A DNA stretch of 64,000 nt from Dehalococcoidia bacterium (GCA_034432935.1 DAOUBD010000012.1:17344-81343); one strand, 5' to 3'; positions 45,063-54,793 are shown, counted from the first letter of the stretch. Made by a program: numbers and translations. Notes: generated by a model not told the origin, from the letters alone.

Positions 45063-46697
45063 CTATGCGCCCTTCGCGGCCTGGGCCGCATTGATGCCGC
45101 AGATATAGCCCCAGGTCATGCCCAGGCCTATCGTGCCTCCCCCGCCGTAGTACCCGGGGCCCGATATGCCCGCCATGGTGTTGCCTGCCGCATAAAGCCC
45201 GGGGATCACCTGTCCTCGCACGTCCAGGACCTGGCCCTTGGCGTTGGTTCTCGGCCCGCCTTTCGTTCCTGCGGCTGCTACATGGATGGGCAGCGCGTAG
45301 AACGGCGGCTCCTCGATGGTGCCGAGGTTGGGGTGCGGCGAATTGGGGTCGCCCATCCAGCGCTCGTAAGCGCTTTCGCCGCGGCCGAAGTCCTCGTCCT
45401 TGCCTCTGCGGGCAAACTCGTTGAACCGCTGGATAGCGGCTTCCAGTCCCTCCGGGTCGATGCCCAACTGTTGGGCGAGATCCCGGAGGCTGCCGGCCTT
45501 GGGCAGCCACTCAGGGTCCGGGTCCGTGGGCATCACGGTGAGGATGGGATAGCGGCGCCGGAACTGGCTGTCCATGATGGACCAGCAGGGAAGGTTCCGA
45601 AACTCCAGGCGGTTGGGATCAAAGGTGTAGAGGGCCTTGGCCATATCGTTGTAGTTGGCCCCTTCGTTGGTGAACCTCTGTCCGTAACGGTTGACGACCG
45701 TACAATGCGGCAACGTCCGCTCCCCGATGACCCAGCGGCTCACGGGCAGCCCTTCGTGTTCCTCCCCCGGTATCGTCGCGCCGGGATACAGCCAGGCTTC
45801 GCTCATGTTTCCCAGGTCAGCCCCCAGCTCCATCGCCATGATTAGCCCGTCGCCTTCGTTTTGGGGCGGGCTGCAATGGTGGGTGATGGCCGTGGGTTGG
45901 AAGCGAGACCACAGCGCTTGATTCCACTCGAACCCGCCGCAGGCCAGGATCACGCCGCCCCGGGCCTTGATGGCTACCTCTCGCCCCCCTTGTTCAGCCA
46001 CTAGGCCCGCTACCCGGCCATCCTCGCGTACTAGCCGGCGTGCGCGGGTCTCGAGAAGGATCGTAATACCCCGGTCCAAACAGCCTTTGAGGAGCCGGCC
46101 GATAAGGGCGTTGCCCGAGCCCACTAGCCCCCCTTCCATCCTCTCTACCACCCTTTCCATCGGCACGCTGGCCGGGTTGCCCATGGACTTGAGTGCCTCC
46201 TCCATGGTTAGGGGGACAAACATAAGGGGCGAAGGCCGTAGTTTCTCTGCCCACTCTCCCAGCTCAGCCTTGGCGAAAAACTCTTGATCCAGGCTGCGGC
46301 CGGCCAGCTTGCCTCCCTGGAACTCCGCTTGATAGTCGGGCAACGTCGTGGCTACGAAGCGAACCGGCGTCTTTTCCTCGAGATAGCGGGCCATCTGGTG
46401 CGCTGTATCGACGAACGTCTCCACGAGCTCATCGGGAGCCCTGCCTGCCGTCAAGCGTTTGCAGTATGCGAGCGCTTCTTCCCGGGAGTCCGTAGCGCCG
46501 ACATCCTTCATGTGGTGATTCATCGGTACCCAGACCCCGCCGCCTGAGACAGCCGTCGTGCCGCCGACCTTGTCGGCCTTCTCCAACACCAGGACCTTTG
46601 CTCCGTGGTCATGGGCCAGGATGGCCGCAGTGAGGGCAGATCCCCCGGAGCCTACCACCACCACATCCACCTCTTGTTCCCACTTCACATTCGCCAT
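45063..46697 (-). CDS. kstD: 3-ketosteroid dehydrogenase-like (KstD/FAD_binding_2) flavoprotein
   Basis: GSGGSA, GGTTAVSGGGVWVP, PDY, GGFEWN, RFTNEGANY, GTKGGPRTN, YYGGGGTIG. ATG 46697. Confidence 0.75.
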   Translation of the reverse strand: MANVKWEQEVDVVVVGSGGSALTAAILAHDHGAKVLVLEKADKVGGTTAVSGGGVWVPMNHHMKDVGATDSREEALAYCKRLTAGRAPDELVETFVDTAHQMARYLEEKTPVRFVATTLPDYQAEFQGGKLAGRSLDQEFFAKAELGEWAEKLRPSPLMFVPLTMEEALKSMGNPASVPMERVVERMEGGLVGSGNALIGRLLKGCLDRGITILLETRARRLVREDGRVAGLVAEQGGREVAIKARGGVILACGGFEWNQALWSRFQPTAITHHCSPPQNEGDGLIMAMELGADLGNMSEAWLYPGATIPGEEHEGLPVSRWVIGERTLPHCTVVNRYGQRFTNEGANYNDMAKALYTFDPNRLEFRNLPCWSIMDSQFRRRYPILTVMPTDPDPEWLPKAGSLRDLAQQLGIDPEGLEAAIQRFNEFARRGKDEDFGRGESAYERWMGDPNSPHPNLGTIEEPPFYALPIHVAAAGTKGGPRTNAKGQVLDVRGQVIPGLYAAGNTMAGISGPGYYGGGGTIGLGMTWGYICGINAAQAAKGA

Positions 46698-46731
46698 AGC
46701 TATCCTCCTCTCGGCGGTGCCATCGAAGCGG

Positions 46732-48384
46732 CTAGGGAGCGCCATCCTTTGACGCCAGGGCCGCGTTGATCCCGCACAGGTATCCCCAGGTCATGGCCGG
46801 GCCTATGGTGCCGCCGCCGCTATAGTAGGCGACGCCCGTGGGGCTGCCGGCAGCGTTGCCGGCAGCGTATAGCCCCGGTATCACCTGGCCCCGCACGTCC
46901 AGCACCTCGCCCTTGGTGTTGATGCGCGGGCCACCGCTGGTGCCCAGGGCCCCGGGGTATACGGGCAGCGCGTAGAAGGGCGGTTTCTCGACGGTGCCGA
47001 GGTTCGGGTTCGGCAGCCGCGGGTCTCCGGAATGCCGCTCGAAGCTCGTCTCGCCCCGGCGAAACTCCGCATCGCGCCCCTCTCCCACCATGCGGTTCCA
47101 GCGGGCCACCGTCTCCGCCAGGCCGCCGGGGTCTATGCCCACCTTGCGGGCCAGACCTTCGATGGTCTCGTCCTTCGGCAACCACTCCGGGTCGGGATCG
47201 CCCGGAAGCACCGTGAGCACGGGGTATTTGCCGCGGTACTGACTATCGAAGATCGCCCAGCAGGGCAAATTACGGAAGCCATACTGAGAGGGATCGAAGT
47301 GGTGGAAAACCCGCCCGATATCGTTGTACGGCGCCCCCTCATTCACGAATCGGCGGCCCTGCCGGTTAACCATGATGGTGTGCGGCGCAATGCGTTCCGA
47401 GCTGAGAAAGCGGCCGAGAGGCCGACCCTCGTACTCTTCCCCTGGGATGGCGCCCGAAGGTTGCCACCAGGCGCAGGTCATGTTCGCCAGGTCGGCACCC
47501 ACCTCCATGGCCATGATCAGGGCATCGCCTTCGTTGAAGGGCGGGCTGTTGGGATGGGTCAGAGGCCCTGGCAAGAACTTCCGCACCAGGTCCGCGTTCC
47601 ACTCGAAACCGCCCGAAGCCAAGATGACGCCACCACGGGCGCGTAGCCATACATCCCGGCCCTCCTGCTCCGCCCGCAGCCCAGTAACACGGCGCCCTTC
47701 GCGGACCAGTTGCACGGCTCTCGTCTCGAGCATGATGGTAACGCCGCGGTCCAGGCAGCCCTTGAGCAGGGCGCCGGCCAAAGCGTTGCCGCAGCCCACT
47801 AACCCTTCACCCATGCGCTGTACCAGCATGTCCATGGGGAGGCTGGACACATCTGTAATGAGGCGGAACTTGGTCAACATCTCTTCTAGGGTAAGAGGTA
47901 GCATGAAGATGGGTGCGGGGCGCAGCTTGTCCTCCCACGCTCCCAGCTGCCGCTTACAGAACAAGACTGGCTCCAAAGCTCGCCCGCATTGCTTTCCGCC
48001 GACGCCATCGGCATAGTAATCGGGCGCGGTCCACACCGAGAAGCGCAACGGGGTGTGCTCCTCCAGGTAGCGCACCATCTGATGCGCCGTATCCACATAC
48101 GTCTCTACCATCTCATCCGGAACGCTGCCGGCGGCCAGCCTCTTGCAGTAGGCCAGTGCCTCCTCGCGAGTGTCCTCCGCCCCCACCTCCTGCATGTGGT
48201 GATTGAGGGGCACCCACACCACTCCTCCGGAGACCGCGGTCGTGCCGCCGACCTTATCCGAGCGTTCGAGCACGGCTACCCTGGCGCCATGATCATGCGC
48301 CAGGATGGCCGCCGTTAGGCCTGCGCCACCGGAACCGGCTATTACGACATCGAACTCCTGGTCCCAGCGCCTGTCAACAACCAT
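46732..48384 (-). CDS. kstD: 3-ketosteroid dehydrogenase-like flavoprotein, tandem paralog
   Basis: GSGGAG, GGTTAVSGG, PDYY, RFVNEGAPY, GTSGGP, YYSGGGTIGPAM. Confidence 0.75.
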   Translation of the reverse strand: MVVDRRWDQEFDVVIAGSGGAGLTAAILAHDHGARVAVLERSDKVGGTTAVSGGVVWVPLNHHMQEVGAEDTREEALAYCKRLAAGSVPDEMVETYVDTAHQMVRYLEEHTPLRFSVWTAPDYYADGVGGKQCGRALEPVLFCKRQLGAWEDKLRPAPIFMLPLTLEEMLTKFRLITDVSSLPMDMLVQRMGEGLVGCGNALAGALLKGCLDRGVTIMLETRAVQLVREGRRVTGLRAEQEGRDVWLRARGGVILASGGFEWNADLVRKFLPGPLTHPNSPPFNEGDALIMAMEVGADLANMTCAWWQPSGAIPGEEYEGRPLGRFLSSERIAPHTIMVNRQGRRFVNEGAPYNDIGRVFHHFDPSQYGFRNLPCWAIFDSQYRGKYPVLTVLPGDPDPEWLPKDETIEGLARKVGIDPGGLAETVARWNRMVGEGRDAEFRRGETSFERHSGDPRLPNPNLGTVEKPPFYALPVYPGALGTSGGPRINTKGEVLDVRGQVIPGLYAAGNAAGSPTGVAYYSGGGTIGPAMTWGYLCGINAALASKDGAP

Positions 48385-48405
48385 AGGTGAGCCTCCGGGT
48401 GGTTC

Positions 48406-49467
48406 CTACCCTTGGAGGGGGGTGATGATTTCCCGGACGATGGAATCATCGGCCAGTACATGGCCCGGTAGGTCCAGGTGGATAGCATCAAACAAACCGG
48501 CCCAGCGTTGGCGAAGTTGCGCGCCGATCTCGTCGTATGTCCCCACAGCCGCAAACTCGCGGACGATCTCGTCACTGATGAGGCGCGGCATCTCGCCCCA
48601 CTTCCCCTCCAACGACATCTTGTGCAGCGTCAAGCCGATCTCCCCCCATCCGTTGTGCTCCAGGACGGGGTGATAGGTTCGTGTCGAGGCATAAAACGAG
48701 ATGCGCTGTTTGACATCCTGGACCGCACGTCGTACCTCCTCAGCGCTGCCCCCCGTGGCGATGAACGGCATCCCTACTACATGGATGTCCTTCCGGGTCC
48801 GGCCGGCCTTGCGGGCGCCGCTTTCGATGGCATCCAGGACGACATCTCGGGTATACCGTTCGCCTGTGAGTGGATGCAGGCGAACTCCCTCGCACAGTTC
48901 GCCCGCTAGGCGGCAGTTGTACGGGTTTACAGCGGCCAAATGGATGGGTACTCCCGGATTCGGGTTGGGCCCAGGGTTGAAGAAGGGCGAGATGAGAGTG
49001 AACTGGTAATGCTGCCCGGTGAAGAACTGAGGGGCATGTCCATTTTGGAAGGTCTGGAAGATGGCCCGGAGACAAAGGAGGTACTCCCGCAGCCGTGGGC
49101 CGGGCGGCGATGGCCACGGGGTTGAGTAGCGCCGCTCATTGTGGCCTTTGACCTGCGTCCCCAGGCCCAACAGGAACCGCCCGCCGGAAAAACGTTGAAG
49201 GTCCCAGGAGATCTGGGCCGTCACCATCGGGCTGCGAGGAAAGGCGATGGCAACGTTTGTGCCCAGGTGAACGCGCCGCGTGTGCTCGGCGGCGACCATC
49301 AGGGGCAGAAAAGGGTCGTGGCCAGCTTCGGGCATCATCAGGGCGTCGAACCCCAAGGCCTCGAAGCGACGGGCGTTCTCCGCTATCAGGCCGATGGCTG
49401 CTGTTGGATGGCCCGTGCCGGCGTACTGTCCAGCCTCAACGCCGAGGAGGTTAACTTCGACTCTCAT
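48406..49467 (-). CDS. LLM-class probable F420-dependent oxidoreductase (TIGR03617-like)
   Basis: EAGHDPFL, IAFPRSPM, GLGTQVKGHNERRY, GPRLREY, FYASTRTY. Confidence 0.85.
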   Translation of the reverse strand: MRVEVNLLGVEAGQYAGTGHPTAAIGLIAENARRFEALGFDALMMPEAGHDPFLPLMVAAEHTRRVHLGTNVAIAFPRSPMVTAQISWDLQRFSGGRFLLGLGTQVKGHNERRYSTPWPSPPGPRLREYLLCLRAIFQTFQNGHAPQFFTGQHYQFTLISPFFNPGPNPNPGVPIHLAAVNPYNCRLAGELCEGVRLHPLTGERYTRDVVLDAIESGARKAGRTRKDIHVVGMPFIATGGSAEEVRRAVQDVKQRISFYASTRTYHPVLEHNGWGEIGLTLHKMSLEGKWGEMPRLISDEIVREFAAVGTYDEIGAQLRQRWAGLFDAIHLDLPGHVLADDSIVREIITPLQG

Positions 49468-49526
49468 AGTCTGCGCTGATGGCTTTGCCCTGGCCGGCTC
49501 GTAGCAACGACATGGTGACAGCCCTC

Positions 49527-49596
49527 AGTGTAGGGATCGGTTTTGCGGTCTGTCTGTCGGGCATCTGCCCGACAACGCGTGGGGCTTTGTATTACA
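49527..49596 (-). promoter_or_regulatory. Tandem palindromic operator plus -10 box (site 5 of 7), upstream of the LLM/KstD/CoxG operon
   Basis: Minus strand: TGTAATA-caaag-CCCCACG / TGTCGGG-cagatg-CCCGACA / 22 nt / TACACT. Confidence 0.75.
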
Positions 49597-49635
49597 AGCT
49601 CCTCTGGCTCGAAGCTTGCGCTGCGGTCGCGGGCA

Positions 49636-49665
49636 TTGACCGCTTGGCCAAACCCCTGCTAGCCT
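49636..49665 (+). promoter_or_regulatory. Sigma70-type promoter for the 49699 CoA-transferase
   Basis: TTGACC-N18-TAGCCT with extended TG. Confidence 0.5.
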
Positions 49666-49698
49666 GCCCATCCGGTAGGAGGATGATAGGAGGATGAG

Positions 49699-50925
49699 AT
49701 GACGGACCCGCCCGCACCTTCGACGGCTGGCCCGCTCAGTGGCCTCAGGGTGGTGGAGGTAGCCACCATGTTAGCGGGCCCTTATGCCGCGACGCTCTTG
49801 GGTGACCTGGGAGCCGACGTGATCAAGATCGAGTCGCCGCGTGGAGACGACAGCCGCCATCTCGGCCCGGAGAAACAGGGCGAACGCGGGCCATTCCTCA
49901 GCCTTAACCGCAACAAGCGTGGCGTCGTCCTGCGCCTCGACGACCCCAAAGGACAAGAGGCCTTCGCCCGCCTTCTGCGCACCGCCGACGTCCTGATCAC
50001 CAACGTTCGGGAGCCCGCCCTCACCAACATGGGCCTCTCCTACGAAGCGGCCTCCCGCCACCGGCCGGACATCATCTGGGCCGGCGTGACAGCCTTCGGG
50101 CCGGACGGCCCCTATGCGGGCCGTCCGGGGATCGACTTCCTAGCCCAAGGGTACGCCGGCCTCGTGTCTCTCAACGGTACGGGCGAAGGGCCCCCCGTGC
50201 GGGTCACCGTGCCCCTAGTGGACGTGATGACGTCTCTTCTGGTCTGCTCCGCCGTGCTGGCAGCCCTGCACGAACGCGCGGCCAGCGGCAAAGGGCAGCG
50301 TATAGACGCCTCCCTCTTAGATGCCCTCCTCCATGCCCAAGGCACAGGGCTGACCAACTACTTCCTCACAGGGTACGTCACCCCCAGAGTGGGCAACCGC
50401 AGCCCCTACTTCGCCCCTTCGGGGGTGTACGAATGCGCAGACGGCAAGAGCCTCTGCATCACTTGCCCCGGCGAAAAGTTCTTCCGCAATCTCTGCCGGG
50501 CACTAGAAGTGGACTGGGATCGCGATCATCGTTTCGAGTCCATCGAGTCTCGTTTGGAACACGAGGACGAACTAGACGCTCTCTTGGCCCAGCGCTGCCG
50601 CCAATACGCCAGAGACCAACTTCTGGCGCGCCTGATCGCCGCCGACGCCATGGCCGCCCCGGTGAACGAAATCCCAGACGTCGCGCGGGACCCTCAGGTC
50701 TTGCACAACCAGATGGTCGTGGATGTACCCCACGCGGCGCTGGGCACCGTGCGTATCACCAACGTGCCCGTGCGACTTAGCCGCACGCCTGGCAGCGTTC
50801 GTCGTGGTCCGCCGGTCCTTGGGGAACACACAGTTGAGGTGCTTGCCGAGATCGGTTATTCAGCCGACGAAATAGACGCCCTGTGCGCCCAAGGAGTGGC
50901 TCTCCGGCCGAGTCAGGCGCTCTGA
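49699..50925 (+). CDS. CaiB/BaiF CoA-transferase (paralog of 36013-37224)
   Basis: GPLSGLRV, NRNKRG, PLVDVMTS. Confidence 0.92.
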   Translation: MTDPPAPSTAGPLSGLRVVEVATMLAGPYAATLLGDLGADVIKIESPRGDDSRHLGPEKQGERGPFLSLNRNKRGVVLRLDDPKGQEAFARLLRTADVLITNVREPALTNMGLSYEAASRHRPDIIWAGVTAFGPDGPYAGRPGIDFLAQGYAGLVSLNGTGEGPPVRVTVPLVDVMTSLLVCSAVLAALHERAASGKGQRIDASLLDALLHAQGTGLTNYFLTGYVTPRVGNRSPYFAPSGVYECADGKSLCITCPGEKFFRNLCRALEVDWDRDHRFESIESRLEHEDELDALLAQRCRQYARDQLLARLIAADAMAAPVNEIPDVARDPQVLHNQMVVDVPHAALGTVRITNVPVRLSRTPGSVRRGPPVLGEHTVEVLAEIGYSADEIDALCAQGVALRPSQAL

Positions 50926-51563
50926 CGACCGCCCGCCCGAGCTGCCAGGTCCACTGGTTCCACAAAACCGGCCCGCAGGGCCTCGATAAGGTCTCGTTCT
51001 CCAGTCACCGGCCGCAAGAACCTTGTCGCGCAGCGGCCCAGGGCGGCCTTGGAGTGCGCGTCGCTGCCGCCTATGGCCGGCATCTCCAAGGAGCGGGCGA
51101 TGGCCCGCAGCAACTCGGCTGACCCCAGGTCGTCGCCGTTAAGCACCTCCAGCGCGTGGTACAGGCGGTGAGCGTCGGACCACGGCGCCTGGCCCTGCCG
51201 ATGCCGCGTCGGGTGGGCCAAGGCCATGGCCCCACCCTCCTCCTCGACGATGCGCCGGAGCCGGTATACGTCGTACATCTCTGGGTGAAAAACCTCGAGT
51301 CCGAAGACCAGCACGTGCCCTGCCTGCGTGCCCACCTCCATGCCGCGCAAGACGGGGATACCGTGCCGTTCTGACAGCTCCCGCGCAGGGCCAGCGCCCC
51401 AGACCTGGTTGTGCTCCGTAAGGCAGAGGGCTGCCATGCCCAGCGCAATGCTGAGCCGCGCTGCATCGTCGGGCGTCAGGGCGCTATCGGAGGAGAGGGG
51501 GCAGGTGTGGACGTGAAGATCGATCAGATACTCTTCGGACCCCGCGCCGGCTCCAGACGTCAT
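50913..51563 (-). CDS. PHP-domain metallohydrolase
   Basis: DLHVHT, TEHN, GMEV, AHP, EVLNG, GGSDAH. ATG 51563 overlaps the etfA stop. Confidence 0.88.
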   Translation of the reverse strand: MTSGAGAGSEEYLIDLHVHTCPLSSDSALTPDDAARLSIALGMAALCLTEHNQVWGAGPARELSERHGIPVLRGMEVGTQAGHVLVFGLEVFHPEMYDVYRLRRIVEEEGGAMALAHPTRHRQGQAPWSDAHRLYHALEVLNGDDLGSAELLRAIARSLEMPAIGGSDAHSKAALGRCATRFLRPVTGERDLIEALRAGFVEPVDLAARAGGRQSA

Positions 51564-52531
51564 CTGGCGCGGACGGCTCTTGTAATCTCTGGCAGAATCT
51601 CCAAGCAGTCCCCGACGATGCCATACCGGGCGTAACGGAAAATGGCTGCTCCGGGGTCCTTGTTGATGGCCACGATGGTCTTGGCGGCAGAGCAACCAGC
51701 CATGTGCTGGCTGGCACCCGATATCCCGGCAGCGATGTACAGGGCGGGCCGGACGATCTTTCCCGTAAGCCCGACCTGGCGCGAGGCGTCCACCCAGCCG
51801 TCGTCCACGATGGGACGCGAGGCCCCAGCCATGCCTCCTAGGGCCTGCGCCAGCTCCTCTACCAAACGAAAGTTGGCCGCGTTGCCAAGCCCTCGTCCGC
51901 CAGCGACTATCACGCTGGCTTCCTCCAGCCGCGGTCCCTCGGCCTTGGCCGGCGAAAGCACCCGGATCCGTTCCTGAACGTCGCTCACGTCTAAATCGAC
52001 CGTTCGCACCTCAACGTTGGCCTCCTCGCGGGGTTCTGCCAATACGGCGTTAGGGAGGAGGGACAGAATGTGCGGCTCAGGGCCCTCTAGACGGTACACG
52101 ACCCTGGTATCCCCCCCATAGGCGGCGGCACTGGCTAACAGCTTACCGCCCTCCATCTCCAGGCCCGTGCAGTTCATGACGACGGCGCTGCCCAAACGTC
52201 CGGCCAATCGCGGAGCCACTAATCGGGTCTCTTGGTTCTGGGCGAACAGTAGGAGCCGCGGGCTCTTCTGCTGGCAGTAGCGGCGGATGCACTCGACATA
52301 ACGATCAGCCGAGAATTCTGCTAGCACTGACGCGGAAGCGTGGTAGATGGCCTGCGCGCCGAAGCGAGAGCCCAGCCGAAGGTCGGCCTCGGGAATTGGG
52401 CCGAGTATCAGCCAGTGGAGGGGCGACGCGAGGAGGGACGCGGCATGTCGGCCAAAGGTGAGGGCCTCCTCCGTGTCACTAGCGGGGGCAGCGCCCAGAG
52501 TCCACGTGCATACAACTACTGCTGAAGGCAT
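51560..52531 (-). CDS. etfA: Electron transfer flavoprotein alpha subunit
   Basis: VAGGRG, GASRPIVD.GW, QVGLTGKIV.P.LYIAAGISGASQH. ATG 52531. Confidence 0.95.
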   Translation of the reverse strand: MPSAVVVCTWTLGAAPASDTEEALTFGRHAASLLASPLHWLILGPIPEADLRLGSRFGAQAIYHASASVLAEFSADRYVECIRRYCQQKSPRLLLFAQNQETRLVAPRLAGRLGSAVVMNCTGLEMEGGKLLASAAAYGGDTRVVYRLEGPEPHILSLLPNAVLAEPREEANVEVRTVDLDVSDVQERIRVLSPAKAEGPRLEEASVIVAGGRGLGNAANFRLVEELAQALGGMAGASRPIVDDGWVDASRQVGLTGKIVRPALYIAAGISGASQHMAGCSAAKTIVAINKDPGAAIFRYARYGIVGDCLEILPEITRAVRAR

Positions 52532-52541
52532 TGCTGATCTC

Positions 52542-53357
52542 CTATTGTATGACTCGCTCAGCGCGCAGACGCTGCACCAGCTTGGCGGCGATGTCAGCCG
52601 GCGAGGCGCCATCGATGAACTCGCAACTCCCCTGGACGGCGGGCACGTACTGCCGGACGAGGACAGCCCGCGGCCGCACAGCTTCGGCGGTTAGTTCGAG
52701 GGAGTCCAGGGTAAAGATCTCGGGTTGCATCCTTCGCGCTTGGATGCTGCGTGCCGCTGTCGGATACCTGGGCTGGCCCAGCTCGCTGCTAACGGTGACA
52801 ACGGCCGGCAAGTCGGCCTCCACCGTCTCGTCCCCGTTGGGCGTGACCCTCGTCACCCGCACCCTGGCCGCTCCGTTCTCGGGATGGACTGACACCTCCC
52901 GGGCCACCGTGATTACCGGCATGTCAAGTATTTCGCCCAAGACCGCCGGCACCACCCCCTGGTCATCGTCAGATGCCTGCCGGCCGCAGAGGATGAGATC
53001 CGCGCCACCCGTCTGGCGCACATAGGCTGCTAGAATCTGGGCTATCGCCGGGCAATCGAGGAGCGTTGCGTCGGCCGATATGGCAGCGATGGCATCGGCG
53101 CCCAGCGCCGCGGCGTGGCGCAGCACCTGCGCCGGGTCGGGGCCCACGGAGACCGCCGTGATGGTGCACTCCAGGCCCGCATCACGTAGGCGCAGTGCGG
53201 CCTCCACCGCCTGCTCGTCGTAGGCGTTGATCAGCGCCGGCACGGCCGCCTGGGTGATGCTCTTGCCGTCGTCGCCGATGGTCAGCTTGCCGGCCAAGGC
53301 GTAGTTGTTGACGGCATCGGGGTCCAGCACTTCCTTCACGCAAACGACTATCCGCAT
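52542..53357 (-). CDS. etfB: Electron transfer flavoprotein beta subunit
   Basis: MRIVVCVKEV.DP, NAYDEQAVE, CGRQASDDDQG, PRYP. Confidence 0.95.
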   Translation of the reverse strand: MRIVVCVKEVLDPDAVNNYALAGKLTIGDDGKSITQAAVPALINAYDEQAVEAALRLRDAGLECTITAVSVGPDPAQVLRHAAALGADAIAAISADATLLDCPAIAQILAAYVRQTGGADLILCGRQASDDDQGVVPAVLGEILDMPVITVAREVSVHPENGAARVRVTRVTPNGDETVEADLPAVVTVSSELGQPRYPTAARSIQARRMQPEIFTLDSLELTAEAVRPRAVLVRQYVPAVQGSCEFIDGASPADIAAKLVQRLRAERVIQ

Positions 53358-53360
53358 CTG

Positions 53361-53663
53361 TCACCTCTCGTCTTGCCGGCGGACTGGCCGCGGATGGTTA
53401 GGCTCCGTGCCGTCCTTGAGCCACAGGTTGCCGGATTCGCACCACACCGCATCGTGCTCGTATCCTTCGGGCTTGCGGGTCAGGTTGACCATGAGATACC
53501 AGCGCCAAGGCGGGTCGCCATGGTCGATGAATTCACCGGTAAGCGTTCCGGTGAACTCCTGGCGGCTTGCCATGTGGGTGCCGGGCACGGCCTGGCCCCC
53601 GTCGCATTCGGCGATCTTGCCGGCCATCTCATGGTCGAAGCCGGGCCGGACAGGGTAGCTCAC
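53361..53663 (-). CDS. Small hypothetical protein (100 aa)
   Basis: Fills the gap between the NMO-family gene and etfB (14- and 3-nt spacers). GGAG upstream of GTG, ordinary protein composition, no family recognised. Confidence 0.7.
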   Translation of the reverse strand: MSYPVRPGFDHEMAGKIAECDGGQAVPGTHMASRQEFTGTLTGEFIDHGDPPWRWYLMVNLTRKPEGYEHDAVWCESGNLWLKDGTEPNHPRPVRRQDER

Positions 53664-53677
53664 GTTGGTGCTCCGGG

Positions 53678-54793
53678 TCAGCCGGCGGCGCCTACGGCAG
53701 GATCACCCAATAGGCTTTCGAAGGCCTCCTGGGCCTCGCCCACCATGTCGAAGATGATCTGGCGCACGGGCTTCATCGAGTTCACGAAGTGGACCCCTTG
53801 GCCCGCCGCCTCCGTCATGAAAGAGGTGATGTTGTTCTCCATGACGGACTGTTGGACCTCGGCGAACAGGAGAAGCTGGTATGGCGCCGGCAACGGCTCC
53901 GGCGCCCCCGGCGCCTCCCACTCTTCGTGCCATTGGCTCCTGGTGGTGCGCATCGTGAACCCCGATATGCAGCGCGACCAGACGGCGTCCTCGGTGTCGG
54001 CGTTGAGAATGATCTCCTTGATGGGCATCTCCTTGTCCGACTCACGGGATGCCAGCCACACGGTCCCGCACCAGACCCCATCGGCACCCAGGGCCAAGGC
54101 TCCGGCCAGATGCCTGCCCGTGGTCACCCCGCCAGCCGCGATCACCAGCTTGTCGCCCGCCAACTCCCGTACCAGCGGCACTATGGAGAAGGTGCCGATG
54201 TTGCCGGTGTGGCCGCCGGCATCGAAGCCCTGGGCCACGATGGCGTCGACACCGGCGTCGAGTTCCCGTTTGGCTTGGCGGGGCTTGCCCACCATGCCCC
54301 ATAGCATTACGCCACGCGAGTGAGCGGCCTCGATGATGAAGTTGGGGCTGCCCAATCCGAAGGCCAGCACTGGCACCCGCTCCTCCAGGACCACATCTAC
54401 CTGCTTGCGAGGCACATCTTGGGTCATCCATCCGAGCTGGTAAAGCTGAGGCGGGTTCCGAGGTTCTGGAATGTTGTGCCGGCGCTTCATGTCCTCGATG
54501 AACTTGCGGTGCGTCTCGGGAATCTGCGCCCGGAGGTCGTCGATGGTGCCCGAGGGAGGCACCGAAGCTGGTAACACCAGGTCGATGCCGAAGGGCTTGC
54601 TGCCTATGCGCTCTCGGATCCATTTGATATCGGCAGCGATCTCATCGGGCGACCGGTGGGTCTCGCCCAGGACGGCAAAGCCGCCGGCGTTTATGGCCGC
54701 CACCGCGACGTCTTTGCAGTGGGTGAAGGCGACTATGGGGAACTCGATCCCCAGGGTGTCGCATAGCCTTGTGTGAAGCGGGTCTTTCGCCAC
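53678..54793 (-). CDS. Nitronate monooxygenase-family FMN protein (FabK/IpdC-like enoyl reductase possible)
   Basis: LCDTLGIEFPIVAFTHC, GFDAGGHTG, AAGG...G, GVWCGT. Confidence 0.88.
   Translation of the reverse strand: MAKDPLHTRLCDTLGIEFPIVAFTHCKDVAVAAINAGGFAVLGETHRSPDEIAADIKWIRERIGSKPFGIDLVLPASVPPSGTIDDLRAQIPETHRKFIEDMKRRHNIPEPRNPPQLYQLGWMTQDVPRKQVDVVLEERVPVLAFGLGSPNFIIEAAHSRGVMLWGMVGKPRQAKRELDAGVDAIVAQGFDAGGHTGNIGTFSIVPLVRELAGDKLVIAAGGVTTGRHLAGALALGADGVWCGTVWLASRESDKEMPIKEIILNADTEDAVWSRCISGFTMRTTRSQWHEEWEAPGAPEPLPAPYQLLLFAEVQQSVMENNITSFMTEAAGQGVHFVNSMKPVRQIIFDMVGEAQEAFESLLGDPAVGAAG

Noticed and set aside
53678-54793. True nitronate monooxygenase, or ipdC by name
   Set aside because: The family is broad and motifs alone cannot separate these. 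The context favours an enoyl-CoA redox role but ipdAB neighbours are absent.
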